Counted from the first letter of the stretch, positions 37,838 through 47,714 are shown. The stretch is DNA of 64,000 nucleotides from Flavobacteriaceae bacterium (GCA_020435965.1 JAGQYS010000010.1:12687-76686); one strand, 5' to 3'. A program made the numbers and translations. Notes: a model not told the origin generated them from the letters alone.

Positions 37838-37854
37838 TACCATAATCTAAGTAC

Positions 37855-39372
37855 ATGAACAAAAAAGTAATCTTGATGATTTTGGATGGTTGGGGAAAAT
37901 CTCCAGACCCAAAAGTTTCTGCTATTGATAATGCCAACACGCCATTTATTGATTCTCTTTACCAAAAATACCCTAATGCAAGCTTAAGAACAGATGGGCT
38001 AAATGTTGGTTTGCCTGAAGGGCAAATGGGAAATAGTGAAGTTGGCCACATGAACCTTGGCGCTGGACGTATTGTATATCAGGATTTGGTAAAAGTAAAC
38101 TTAGCGGTAAAAAACAAAACCTTAGGTCAGGAAAAAGCACTTGTAAATGCTTTCAATTATGCGAAAAGTAACTATAAGAATGTTCATTTTCTAGGCTTGG
38201 TTAGTGATGGTGGTGTACATTCGCATATCAATCATTTATTTGGATTATTAGATGCTGCAAACGATTATGGCTTATCCAATGTTTTTGTACATGCCTTTAC
38301 TGATGGTCGTGATGTTGACCCAAAATCAGGTTTTGGTTTTATTACAGAACTGGAAGCGTATTTAGAAAAATCTACAGGACAACTTGCAACCGTAACTGGA
38401 CGATATTATGCTATGGATCGTGACAAACGTTGGGAACGTGTTAAAATCGCTTATGACGCTTTAGTGAATGGCAAGGGCGAGCTAACCAATAATATCACAA
38501 AATCAATAGAAAACAGCTACGATAATGATATTACTGACGAATTTTTAAAGCCAATAATTAATACAGATGAACATGGAAAACCCATTGCAACAATTCAAGA
38601 CGATGATGTTGTGATTTTTTTCAATTTCAGAACAGATAGAGGACGACAACTTACACAAGCCTTAACTCAAGAACATTTCCATGAGTTTAATATGCACAAA
38701 TTGAGGCTTCATTATGTAACACTTACTAATTATGATGAAACTTTTAAAAACATCAATGTAGTGTTCAACAAAGATAACCTTAAAGACACTTTAGGTGAAG
38801 TACTTGAAAAGCACCACAAAAAACAAATACGTATAGCTGAAACCGAAAAATATCCTCATGTCACATTTTTCTTTTCTGGTGGACGAGAAGAACCTTTTAA
38901 TGGAGAAACTCGTATTCTTAGAAATTCGCCAAAAGTAGCAACTTACGATTTGAAACCTGAAATGAGCGCTTTTGAATTAAAAGATGCACTTATTCCTGAA
39001 CTTGAAAAAGGTGAAGTTGATTTTGTTTGTTTGAATTTTGCAAATGGTGACATGGTTGGTCATACAGGAGTTATGGAAGCAGCAATTAAAGCTTGTGAAG
39101 CAGTTGATAAATGTGTTGAAGAAATCGTTAATTCTGCACTAAAGAATAACTATACAACATTACTCATTGCAGACCATGGTAATTGCGAAACAATGATAAA
39201 TCCTGATGGTTCTCCAAATACTGCTCACACAACCAATCCTGTTCCAATTATTCTTATTGACAAAGATTTAAAACATATCAACGATGGTGTTTTAAGTGAT
39301 TTAGCTCCAACCATTTTAAAACTGATTGGCATTGAAAAACCAGCAGCAATGTCGCAAAATTCGTTAATTTAA
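37855..39372 (+). CDS. gpmI: 2,3-bisphosphoglycerate-independent phosphoglycerate mutase
   Basis: 505 aa; MILDGWG, GNSEVGHMNLGAGR, ADHGN motifs. Confidence 0.96.
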   Translation: MNKKVILMILDGWGKSPDPKVSAIDNANTPFIDSLYQKYPNASLRTDGLNVGLPEGQMGNSEVGHMNLGAGRIVYQDLVKVNLAVKNKTLGQEKALVNAFNYAKSNYKNVHFLGLVSDGGVHSHINHLFGLLDAANDYGLSNVFVHAFTDGRDVDPKSGFGFITELEAYLEKSTGQLATVTGRYYAMDRDKRWERVKIAYDALVNGKGELTNNITKSIENSYDNDITDEFLKPIINTDEHGKPIATIQDDDVVIFFNFRTDRGRQLTQALTQEHFHEFNMHKLRLHYVTLTNYDETFKNINVVFNKDNLKDTLGEVLEKHHKKQIRIAETEKYPHVTFFFSGGREEPFNGETRILRNSPKVATYDLKPEMSAFELKDALIPELEKGEVDFVCLNFANGDMVGHTGVMEAAIKACEAVDKCVEEIVNSALKNNYTTLLIADHGNCETMINPDGSPNTAHTTNPVPIILIDKDLKHINDGVLSDLAPTILKLIGIEKPAAMSQNSLI

Positions 39373-39390
39373 TGTAACTTTCGGCATTAT

Positions 39391-39801
39391 ATGGATATAT
39401 ACAACAGACTTACAATTGCTATAGATTTTGATGGAACCATTGTAGAAGATGCGTATCCGAAAATTGGAAAACCTCGTATTTTTGCTTTTGAAACACTTAC
39501 TAAACTTCAAGAAGATGGTCACCGACTTATTTTATGGACCTATAGAAGTGGAGTGCGATTAGACGAAGCCGTTGAATTCTGCAAAAACAATGGTGTTGAG
39601 TTTTATGCAGTCAATAAAAGTTTTCCTGAGGAACAATTTGATTATACCAAAAGCCGCAAAATTCACGCAGACCTTTTTATTGATGATCGGAATATTGGTG
39701 GCATTTTAGGCTGGGGCGAAATTTACCAAATGCTCACCAACGCTAAACCACACATTAAACCAAACCAAAAGAAAAAAGGTTTTTTTGGTCTTTTTCGCTA
39801 A
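39391..39801 (+). CDS. Small HAD-superfamily phosphatase-like protein
   Basis: 136 aa; DFDGTI (DxDxT) motif I and late FIDDRN motif; resembles the small BT0820-type HAD proteins as I recall them. Confidence 0.5.
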   Translation: MDIYNRLTIAIDFDGTIVEDAYPKIGKPRIFAFETLTKLQEDGHRLILWTYRSGVRLDEAVEFCKNNGVEFYAVNKSFPEEQFDYTKSRKIHADLFIDDRNIGGILGWGEIYQMLTNAKPHIKPNQKKKGFFGLFR

Positions 39802-39802
39802 C

Positions 39803-41074
39803 TTAACTTCTTATTAAATTAAAATAATCACGCTCTATTGACTCCCTAAAATCAGGATGAGCAATTTCAGTTAAGGCTTTTACTCGTTGCTTAATTGTTT
39901 TTCCATATAAATTGGCTACACCATACTCTGTAACCACATAATGAACGTGAGAACGTGTTGTAACAACTCCTGCTCCTGGCTTTAAAGAAGGTACAATTCT
40001 GCTAATTCCTTTTCCTGTAACTGATGGTAAAGCAATAATAGCTTTTCCGCCCTCACTTAAAGACGCAGCTCTAATAAAATCCATCTGACCTCCTACTCCT
40101 GAATACATTTTAGCACCAATGGAATCTGCACAAACCTGACCAGTAACATCCACTTCAATGGCCGAATTTATGGCTACCATCCTAGGGTTTTGCTTAATTA
40201 TAGAAACATCATTTACATAATCTGAAGCACGCATTTCTATAAAAGGATTATCATCAACATAATCATACAATCGTTTAGAACCCATTAAAAAGGTTGTTAA
40301 CGCTCTTCCTCTGTTTATACCTTTATAATTGCCATTAATAACATCATTTAAAATTAAATCAATCACACCATCAGAAAACATTTCAGTATGCAACCCTAAA
40401 TCTTTATGATTTGTCAATCTTGATAATACAGCATTTGGAATATTACCAATTCCCATTTGTAAGGTGCTTTTATCATCAATTAGTCCTGCAACATTATTCC
40501 CTATTTTGCTTTCTATTTCGTTTGGTTCAGACACAGCATGAATTGGCAATGGCTCATCACACTCTACAAAAGCATTAATTTCAGACACATGAATAATTCC
40601 AGCACCATGAGTTCTTGGCATCTGCTTATTTACTTGAGCAATCACATAATCTGCATTATCAATAGCTGCCAATGTGGCTTCAACTGAAACACCTAAAGAA
40701 CAATAACCATGCTTATCTGGCACAGACACATGAATCAAAGCCACTTGTAAATCGACAATATTTCTCTTAAACAACAAAGGTAATTCGCTTAAAAAAACTG
40801 GTGTATAAGATCCATTTCCTGCTTTAAGCGTATGCCTTACATTTTTTCCAATAAAAAAGGAGTTTACATGAAAGCTATCTTTAAGTTCTGGGTTAGCATA
40901 AGGAGCTTCGCCTTCTGTGTGTAGTTGACAAATTTGAACATTTCTTAGTTCTTCATGACGATTAGTCATTGCATTGATTAAAACTTGAGGCACTGCTGCT
41001 GCTGCTTGCAAATATACTTTATCGTTTGATTTAATAATTTTTACCGCATCTTCTGCGCTTATTGCTTTGTACAT
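39803..41074 (-). CDS. Acetyl-CoA hydrolase/transferase family protein (CoA-transferase)
   Basis: 423 aa; overall pattern incl. LQMGIGNIPNAV and GGQMDF(I)RAA blocks typical of 4-hydroxybutyrate/succinyl-CoA:acetate CoA-transferases. Confidence 0.87.
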   Translation of the reverse strand: MYKAISAEDAVKIIKSNDKVYLQAAAAVPQVLINAMTNRHEELRNVQICQLHTEGEAPYANPELKDSFHVNSFFIGKNVRHTLKAGNGSYTPVFLSELPLLFKRNIVDLQVALIHVSVPDKHGYCSLGVSVEATLAAIDNADYVIAQVNKQMPRTHGAGIIHVSEINAFVECDEPLPIHAVSEPNEIESKIGNNVAGLIDDKSTLQMGIGNIPNAVLSRLTNHKDLGLHTEMFSDGVIDLILNDVINGNYKGINRGRALTTFLMGSKRLYDYVDDNPFIEMRASDYVNDVSIIKQNPRMVAINSAIEVDVTGQVCADSIGAKMYSGVGGQMDFIRAASLSEGGKAIIALPSVTGKGISRIVPSLKPGAGVVTTRSHVHYVVTEYGVANLYGKTIKQRVKALTEIAHPDFRESIERDYFNLIRS

Positions 41075-41171
41075 TTTATTATTATTTAGGGTGCAAAACT
41101 ATAGATTAAAACGTTTTAAAAAACTGTCGAAAGTCATAAAAACATAAAAAAATTACATTTTATTTTTTGAG

Positions 41172-41179
41172 TATCTTTG
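41172..41179 (+). promoter_or_regulatory. Bacteroidota-type -7 promoter box (TAtcTTTG)
   Basis: TATCTTTG 16 nt upstream of map ATG 41196. Confidence 0.5.
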
Positions 41180-41195
41180 CCATTATTTTTTAAGC

Positions 41196-42014
41196 ATGAT
41201 CATAGTAAAAACAAGAGAGGAAATTGAATTGATGCGTGAAAGCGCTTTGGTAGTTTCAAGAACCTTAGGAATGTTGGCCAAAGAAGTGAAACCAGGTGTC
41301 ACTACTTTACAATTAGATAAATTAGCAGAAGACTATATTCGCTCACAAGGTGCTGTTCCAGGATTTTTAGGGTTGTACGATTTTCCAAATACGCTTTGTA
41401 TGAGTCCTAATGAACAAGTGGTTCATGGTTTTCCAACCAATGAGCCTTTAAAAGAAGGTGATATTATATCTATTGACTGTGGTGCAATAAAGAATGATTT
41501 TTATGGTGATCATGCCTATACATTTGCTGTTGGAGAAATAGCTCCTGAAACCGAAAAACTCTTACAAGTAACTAAAGAATCACTTTATGTTGGCATCAGA
41601 GAATTAAAAATCAATAATCGAGTTGGCGATGTTGGTTATGCTATACAACAATATTGCGAAGCTCATGGTTATGGTGTGGTTAGAGAATTAGTTGGACATG
41701 GAATAGGACGTAAAATGCACGAAGATCCAGAAATGCCAAATTATGGAAAACGTGGCAGAGGTAAAAAGTTTATTGAAGGTATGGTCGTGGCCATAGAACC
41801 TATGATAAACATGGGAACTCATCGTATTAAACAACATCGCGATGGTTGGACCATTACCACTTTAGACGGAAAACCGAGTGCACACTTTGAACACGATGTT
41901 GCTATTGTTGATGGAAAACCTGAATTACTGTCAACCTTTGCATATATTTATCAGGCATTAGGTATTGAAAGTAATGAAGAAGATGAATTTAGACAAGAAG
42001 CAATAATTTTATAA
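41196..42014 (+). CDS. map: Type I methionine aminopeptidase
   Basis: 272 aa; VVHGFP, IDCGAIKNDFYGD, GHGIG, EPM, HFEH metal-ligand blocks. Confidence 0.95.
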   Translation: MIIVKTREEIELMRESALVVSRTLGMLAKEVKPGVTTLQLDKLAEDYIRSQGAVPGFLGLYDFPNTLCMSPNEQVVHGFPTNEPLKEGDIISIDCGAIKNDFYGDHAYTFAVGEIAPETEKLLQVTKESLYVGIRELKINNRVGDVGYAIQQYCEAHGYGVVRELVGHGIGRKMHEDPEMPNYGKRGRGKKFIEGMVVAIEPMINMGTHRIKQHRDGWTITTLDGKPSAHFEHDVAIVDGKPELLSTFAYIYQALGIESNEEDEFRQEAIIL

Positions 42015-42019
42015 TATTC

Positions 42020-42098
42020 TGTCATCCTGAACTTGATTCAGTATCTTTTTTATTTTTATACAATTTATAATAGATTCCGCATCAAGTGCGGAATGACA
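42020..42098. repeat. REP/MITE-like palindromic element (TGTCATCCTGAAC...GCGGAATGACA)
   Basis: tgtcatcctgaacttgattcagtatc...gattccgcatcaagtgcggaatgaca; two hairpins and TGTCAT/ATGACA termini. Confidence 0.8.
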
Positions 42099-42105
42099 AA
42101 AGAAG

Positions 42106-42870
42106 TTGAAAAAACTATTCAAACTCATTTTAAACTTAATTCCAAGACCAATACTTATTCGCTTAAGTTATGTGGTTAGACCAATTCTTGCTTTTTTCTT
42201 AAAAGGCAACACATTTACTGATCCAATAGATGGAAAGAGCTTTAAGTCTTTTCTGCCTTATGGTTATGGTACACAAAGGCAAAATGTGTTATCTCCTTCT
42301 ACGCTAAGTTTAGAACGTCACAGGTTATTGTGGTTGTATTTACAGAATGAATCTGATTTCTTTTCGGCTGAAAAAAAAGTACTTCACTTTGCTCCTGAAC
42401 AAGCGTTTTACAAACGTTTTAGAAAGATGAAAAATCTGGATTATGTAACAACCGATTTGAATTCGCCTTTAGCTGATGTGAAAGCAAATATATGTGACCT
42501 TCCTTTTAAAGACAATGAGTTTGATGCTATTTTATGTAACCATGTCTTAGAGCATATTCAAGATGATACTAAAGCGATGCAAGAATTGTATCGTATTTTA
42601 AAACCTGGAGGTTATGGCGTGTTTCAAATTCCGCAAGATTTAAATAGGGCAACGACTTTTGAAGATGATAGCATCACTGATAAAAAAGAGCGTGCGAAAA
42701 TTTTTGGTCAATACGATCATGTTCGCATTTACGGCAGGGATTATTTTGACAAGCTTCGTTCAGTTGGTTTTAAAGTTGAAGAAGTTGACTATACAAGTAA
42801 GCTATCGGAATCAGACATTACTAAATACTGTTTAGCAAAAGGAGAAATAATTCCTGTGGTAAGCAAATAG
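42106..42870 (+). CDS. Class I SAM-dependent methyltransferase
   Basis: 254 aa; methyltransferase type-11 pattern (FDAILCNHVLEHIQD, LKPGGYGVF); TTG start directly after the repeat. Confidence 0.78.
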   Translation: MKKLFKLILNLIPRPILIRLSYVVRPILAFFLKGNTFTDPIDGKSFKSFLPYGYGTQRQNVLSPSTLSLERHRLLWLYLQNESDFFSAEKKVLHFAPEQAFYKRFRKMKNLDYVTTDLNSPLADVKANICDLPFKDNEFDAILCNHVLEHIQDDTKAMQELYRILKPGGYGVFQIPQDLNRATTFEDDSITDKKERAKIFGQYDHVRIYGRDYFDKLRSVGFKVEEVDYTSKLSESDITKYCLAKGEIIPVVSK

Positions 42871-42874
42871 ACTT

Positions 42875-44149
42875 TTAGGTTTTTATAGTCAATATTTCAT
42901 GCCATTGGGTTGTGTAACGAGCACTACGTTCTTCTTTAATCAGTTCCCACTCCTTTATTCTAGTACCAATAGAACCAGACATCACTTTTGATTTTCCAAA
43001 TTTAGAGTTTAGCCTATCTATAGTGTCCACAAGCCGAGCATCATTATATCTATTTTGGCTTTCAAATAAATTGCCTTGCACATATTGCTCTGGTACAATG
43101 CCACTAAGGCACACACCTACTTTTTTGTAACGAAATCCAGGTTTATAAATGGCGTGCAGGGCTTTTTTTGCTTCAGTTATTAAAATAAAGGTGTTGTTGG
43201 TTGGTATAGCAAGTGTGCTGGTAATACTGTTAGAATATTGTTTATCTGTTTTACTATGGTAATTGGTATGTAAAAATACTTGTACATACGTTGCGCACGA
43301 TTTTTGGCTACGTAATACTTCGGCAACTTCTGCAATATAATACGAGCAAGCTTCTTCTATCAGGCTTATATTTTCAAGTCGCTTTCCAAAGGATTTGGCA
43401 GTTCCAATATTTTTTTTGGGTTTTGGCTCTGTCATAAAATCAATACAAGGGTCACCTTGTAGTTCATTCCAAAGGCGTTCGCCAACCACTGTCATTTGTT
43501 TACGCACCCAATGTAGTGGCAACTGTGTAAAGTGATAAGCCGTAACAACACCAACAGCATTCAATCGTTTTGCGTGTTTTCTTCCTATTCCCCAAACATC
43601 CTTAATAGCTGTACTTTTGAGTGCCTCTATCCTCTTTTCTTCAGAGTCTATAACATATACCTGATCGGTTTCCGAGGTTTTTTTCTTAGCAATACGATTT
43701 GCTAGCTTTGCCAACACCTTTGTTGGTGCTATACCTACACCAACTGGCAATCCAGTATGCTTAAAAACTGTGTTTTTTATCTCTTGCCCATAATCTGTAT
43801 AGGAGGTAGTATGGCATACACCTGAAAGGTCTAAAAAAGATTCATCAATACTGTAAACTTCCACCAAAGGTGAAAATGTTCGGAGGATATTTATAACGCG
43901 TTGGGACATATCTCCATACAACGTATAGTTAGAAGAAAAGCAGGTTATACCATTTTCGCCCAAAACTTTTTTGATTTTGAAAACAGGTTCATAAAGCGGT
44001 ATGTGCGTTAGTGCCTTTGCTTGTTTATTTGCAGCAATGATACAACCGTCGTTATTGCTCAATACCACAACTGGTTTATTCCATAAATCTGGTCTAAAAA
44101 CCTGCTCGCACGAAGCGTAAAAACTATTGCAATCTACCAACGCAATCAT
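42875..44149 (-). CDS. umuC: Y-family translesion DNA polymerase, UmuC-like
   Basis: Track ORF starts at 44185, but the family start MIALVDCNSFYASCEQVFRP is ATG 44149-44147, which forms an ATGA overlap with the umuD-like stop. SIDESFLD catalytic block present. Confidence 0.9.
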   Translation of the reverse strand: MIALVDCNSFYASCEQVFRPDLWNKPVVVLSNNDGCIIAANKQAKALTHIPLYEPVFKIKKVLGENGITCFSSNYTLYGDMSQRVINILRTFSPLVEVYSIDESFLDLSGVCHTTSYTDYGQEIKNTVFKHTGLPVGVGIAPTKVLAKLANRIAKKKTSETDQVYVIDSEEKRIEALKSTAIKDVWGIGRKHAKRLNAVGVVTAYHFTQLPLHWVRKQMTVVGERLWNELQGDPCIDFMTEPKPKKNIGTAKSFGKRLENISLIEEACSYYIAEVAEVLRSQKSCATYVQVFLHTNYHSKTDKQYSNSITSTLAIPTNNTFILITEAKKALHAIYKPGFRYKKVGVCLSGIVPEQYVQGNLFESQNRYNDARLVDTIDRLNSKFGKSKVMSGSIGTRIKEWELIKEERSARYTTQWHEILTIKT

Positions 44150-44511
44150 GAGACAGCGTGTATAATGTAAGTAATTATTCCCCAAATGGTGTAAGGTTCA
44201 GATGGCCTTTTAGAAAAGCGCTTTACCTTAAATTCGCCTTCTTCAACAGCTAGTACCAAACCGTTTTCTTTTGGTGTTAATGACCTGTCAATTATCAAAA
44301 CATCGTTATTGTGGATATTAAACCCTGAAAGACCATCACCATCAATACGAACAAAAAATGTGGCGTCTGTATTTTTTATAAGATGCTCATGCAAATCTAT
44401 GGTATGCTCCAGATAATGTGTGGCAGGACTTGGGAAACCCGTTTGTTTGGAGACCTCTGGAGTATGCTTTGCTTTTGCTCTTTTAAGTTTATTAAATGCG
44501 ATTAAATCCAT
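44146..44511 (-). CDS. umuD: UmuD-like S24 peptidase-fold protein with Gly at the catalytic serine position
   Basis: 121 aa; gapless alignment with E. coli UmuD from GFPSPA to VKK. Residue 60 is Gly (codon GGT at 44334-44332) where UmuD has Ser60; Lys97 equivalent retained; positions 24/25 are Thr-Gly instead of Cys-Gly. Confidence 0.8.
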   Translation of the reverse strand: MDLIAFNKLKRAKAKHTPEVSKQTGFPSPATHYLEHTIDLHEHLIKNTDATFFVRIDGDGLSGFNIHNNDVLIIDRSLTPKENGLVLAVEEGEFKVKRFSKRPSEPYTIWGIITYIIHAVS

Positions 44512-44631
44512 GCTTAAAATTAAACAAATTGAAGGTAAAAGAATAGGATTTTTTTAAATAAAAGTTCATTGAGATATTCTACAGCAGACTCTCAGATAAC
44601 GTGTAGCTTTGGATAAAATGATATGGCTTTT

Positions 44632-45606
44632 TTAGCTTTCAGGAAACCCATTTAAAGCGAGGGTTTCTAATTCTTTATTTTCATTTTCGAAAATAAAAAA
44701 CACTTTCAATTCAGGATGTGTTTTTAAAAGCTCTGTTACCTTTTCAATTCCCATAGCTTGAAATGCAGTAGCATAAGCATCAGCAGTCATGCAATCATTA
44801 GCTATTACAGATACGCTTAGCACATTTGTTTTACTTGGATAACCTGTTTTGGTATCAATGATATGTGCATAACGATTGCCATTTTCATCAAGTTTAAATT
44901 TTCTATAAGTTCCAGAGGTTGCCATAGCTCCATCTTCTAAATTTATAGCCTTAATAACAGATTGAGAGCCATCAAAATTTGGTTTGTCAATACCAACCAT
45001 CCAATTGGATTGCTTTTCTTTGTTTGTGCCTTTGCAGCGTATCTCTCCTCCTATTTCAACGAGATAGTTATTAACATTTTGAGATTCTAAAAATTCAGCA
45101 ATCACATCTACAGCATAGCCTTTGGCAATAGCATTAAAATCTAAAAACGTATTCAGATTCTCTTTTGAAATAGCGTTCCTTCTCAACGTTACCTTATCTA
45201 AACCAACGGAAAGCATCAAACTATCAATTTTTAGGCTATCCAAGGATACAATTTTCCCTTCAGGCCCAAAATCCCAAGCGTTTACAACAGCTCCAATAGT
45301 TGGGTCAAAAGCTCCATAAGTAGCGTCGTAAATTGCTTTTGAAGTATTAAAAACATTGGTAAAGTGCGCATCAACCTCAACAGCTTCATTTCTGTTTATT
45401 TTAGAAATATCTGAGTTTTCAATGTAAGTTGACATGGATTTGTTTATCACATAAAACAGGCTGTCAAACTGCTTTTCGTAATTTTCATTACTATCATAAA
45501 TTACGCTATAAGAAGTACCAAAAACCTGACCTGAAAGTTTAGTGTTTTTAGGCTCTTTCTTACAAGAAAAAATTGATATCAATAATAAAATTATAACCTT
45601 TTTCAT
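44632..45606 (-). CDS. apbE: FAD:protein FMN transferase (flavinylates NqrB/NqrC), lipoprotein
   Basis: 324 aa; lipobox LISIFSC; ATSGTYRKF...YAHIIDTKTGYP and ADAYATA blocks typical of ApbE. Confidence 0.9.
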   Translation of the reverse strand: MKKVIILLLISIFSCKKEPKNTKLSGQVFGTSYSVIYDSNENYEKQFDSLFYVINKSMSTYIENSDISKINRNEAVEVDAHFTNVFNTSKAIYDATYGAFDPTIGAVVNAWDFGPEGKIVSLDSLKIDSLMLSVGLDKVTLRRNAISKENLNTFLDFNAIAKGYAVDVIAEFLESQNVNNYLVEIGGEIRCKGTNKEKQSNWMVGIDKPNFDGSQSVIKAINLEDGAMATSGTYRKFKLDENGNRYAHIIDTKTGYPSKTNVLSVSVIANDCMTADAYATAFQAMGIEKVTELLKTHPELKVFFIFENENKELETLALNGFPES

Positions 45607-45632
45607 AGTGAAATTAATTCCAGTCTATTAAC

Positions 45633-45665
45633 AGATTGCCACGTCGTAAACTCCTCGCAATGACA
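45633..45665. repeat. Solo half-copy of the AGATTGCCACG...CTCGCAATGACA element
   Basis: agattgccacgtcgtaaactcctcgcaatgaca matches the right arm of the element at 29266-29336. Confidence 0.65.
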
Positions 45666-45667
45666 CT

Positions 45668-46045
45668 TCAATTTAAATTAGTATCAACAACTTGAATGCC
45701 ATTGTACTCAATAAGATAATCTTCGTTTAAGTAAATTGGTAAATCTTCACCTTTAGGATTGCCAAGACCTACTCCTGCATACAACACTTTAGCATCTTTT
45801 TCCCTAGCATGCTTTTTAAAGGTCTCCATCCAAACCACATCATAATTATTTGGGTTTTCAGGTAAGATTACAGCTCTAACTATCACAAAAAAGTACTGGC
45901 TATTTTTGTCAACACATACAAACTGAGGATGTTTTTTTAGTTTACTGTTTATGGCAACAAACTCAAAGCCTCTGTTTTCCAGATCTTTACCAACATGATT
46001 CATGGCCAAATTATGTAATTCTTGTGTTGTAAGTGCAATACTCAT
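45668..46045 (-). CDS. Hypothetical cytoplasmic protein
   Basis: 125 aa; no signal peptide or recognised motif; directly upstream of apbE on the same strand. Confidence 0.35.
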   Translation of the reverse strand: MSIALTTQELHNLAMNHVGKDLENRGFEFVAINSKLKKHPQFVCVDKNSQYFFVIVRAVILPENPNNYDVVWMETFKKHAREKDAKVLYAGVGLGNPKGEDLPIYLNEDYLIEYNGIQVVDTNLN

Positions 46046-46155
46046 AATGCAAAAATACTATTTATAAAATGATAGATAAAATTGTTTAACTTTAAATGCT
46101 ACAACCAACCAAAGCTACACGTTAACTAAATACTACTTACAACTAGTGTAAGTAT

Positions 46156-46938
46156 ATGATTAAATTTTTTCGTCGTATTAGACAACGATTGGTTTCTGAA
46201 AGCAAATTTTCTAAATACATATTATACGCCATTGGTGAAATTATTCTCGTAGTTATCGGAATTCTTTTAGCGCTTCAAATAAATAACTGGAATCAACAAC
46301 GAATTGAAGACAAAAAAGAGATAGAACTACTTATCGATCTAAAAGATGAATTTAAAAATAATTTAACCGAATTGGAAGAGTCTATTAACATCAATAAAAA
46401 AGTTACTCAATCCTGCGTTGACCTTACCAATATTATCAGGTCAAATTCATTATCCAAAAAACCTGATGTTGTAGATAAACTATTGATCTCAATTGGCAAT
46501 TTTAATTCTTTTGATGCCAAAACTGGAGTTTCAAGCGAAATAGTTAACTCTGGCAAATTGAGCATTTTAAAAAACGAAGCCCTAAGAATACAATTAAACA
46601 ATTGGTTAACCATAATTATTGACTCTGAAGAAGATATTCTTTTTAGGTCAGACAACTACACGATTAGCCTAATGCCTTTTTTGATGAAGCGGTTTCCGCT
46701 CGCAAATGGAGAGCTTACCAAAAAACTACCTTTTGATAGGAACAACAAATTGCAAACATACCAAGAAAAATCGCCTTTTGAAGCTGATTTAAACCAAGAG
46801 GATTTAATGGAATTTGAAAATCAGATCTGGCACCATAAACATAATCAAGATTATGTTGCTATCAACGAACTAAACCTAAAGGATTTTATTCTGGCCACAA
46901 TTGGTATGATTGAAAACGAGTTAAACAAAAAGTTATAA
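46156..46938 (+). CDS. MIKFF...NNWNE family single-pass membrane protein, copy 5
   Basis: 260 aa; MIKFFRRIRQRLVSESKFSKYILYAIGEIILVVIGILLALQINNWNQ. Confidence 0.8.
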   Translation: MIKFFRRIRQRLVSESKFSKYILYAIGEIILVVIGILLALQINNWNQQRIEDKKEIELLIDLKDEFKNNLTELEESININKKVTQSCVDLTNIIRSNSLSKKPDVVDKLLISIGNFNSFDAKTGVSSEIVNSGKLSILKNEALRIQLNNWLTIIIDSEEDILFRSDNYTISLMPFLMKRFPLANGELTKKLPFDRNNKLQTYQEKSPFEADLNQEDLMEFENQIWHHKHNQDYVAINELNLKDFILATIGMIENELNKKL

Positions 46939-47679
46939 ATGATTAAATTCTTTAGAAAAATACGCTACAACCTCATGGAAACAGGAAAAACTGGTAAATA
47001 CCTAAAATATGCCATTGGCGAAATTATTCTCGTAATGATTGGTATTCTTTTAGCACTACAAGTAAACAATTGGAATCAAGATCGATTAAACACTATCGAA
47101 AAAAAGGAGTTGCTCTCAAAACTACACTTTGAGTTTAAATCCAATAAAAAAGCTATTGAAACTTTTAGAATTGCTGAAGACAAAGCCATGAGTTCAAGTA
47201 TTGAATTAATCAATCTTGTTGGAGCTACTAAACAAGAGTTATCTAAACATAATCTCGATAGCTTATTTTTTGAATCTTTTCCTGCAAATGAATTGGCTTT
47301 TGCTAATAATGCTGTAAACGATATAGTACAAAATGGACATCTTAATCTTTTTAAAGACGAAGAAATTACAACATTGTTGTACCAATGGAATTCGCTTTCC
47401 GAGATTAGAAAAACCCGATTCGAAAAACTGGATTTATGGAACAACGAGCAGTTTATCCCCTTTTTATTGCCTTTTATTTCAATGAGGGAAATGGACAAAT
47501 ATTCCAATTACAAATGGACTGGAAAATCTAAAGTAAAGCCAGATTATTACCCTTTGTTCCAGAAAGTTGAATTTGAAAACCTATTGGACAATTCTTTATG
47601 GTTACATCAACAGATTGTTGAGAGGCTTAATGAAACTGAAAAACTGATTGATGAGATAATCAATGCCACAAAACCTTAA
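46939..47679 (+). CDS. MIKFF...NNWNE family single-pass membrane protein, copy 6
   Basis: 246 aa; ATG immediately follows the copy-5 stop (TAAATG); N-terminal 46 aa are identical to copy 7 except for 1 residue. Confidence 0.8.
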   Translation: MIKFFRKIRYNLMETGKTGKYLKYAIGEIILVMIGILLALQVNNWNQDRLNTIEKKELLSKLHFEFKSNKKAIETFRIAEDKAMSSSIELINLVGATKQELSKHNLDSLFFESFPANELAFANNAVNDIVQNGHLNLFKDEEITTLLYQWNSLSEIRKTRFEKLDLWNNEQFIPFLLPFISMREMDKYSNYKWTGKSKVKPDYYPLFQKVEFENLLDNSLWLHQQIVERLNETEKLIDEIINATKP

Positions 47680-47685
47680 CTATTT

Positions 47686-47714
47686 ATGATTAAATTCTTT
47701 AGAAACATATCAAC
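47686..47714 (+). pseudogene. Orphan 5' stub of a MIKFF-family gene, truncated at the MITE-like element
   Basis: atgattaaattctttagaaac (MIKFFRN) is identical to the copy-6 start for 20 nt, then runs straight into the repeat at 47715. Confidence 0.6.

Noticed and set aside
42875-44511. umuDC as a marker of an integrated mobile element or island
   Set aside because: There is no integrase, transposase, conjugation or phage gene, no tRNA and no direct repeats nearby. The flanking genes are ordinary housekeeping.
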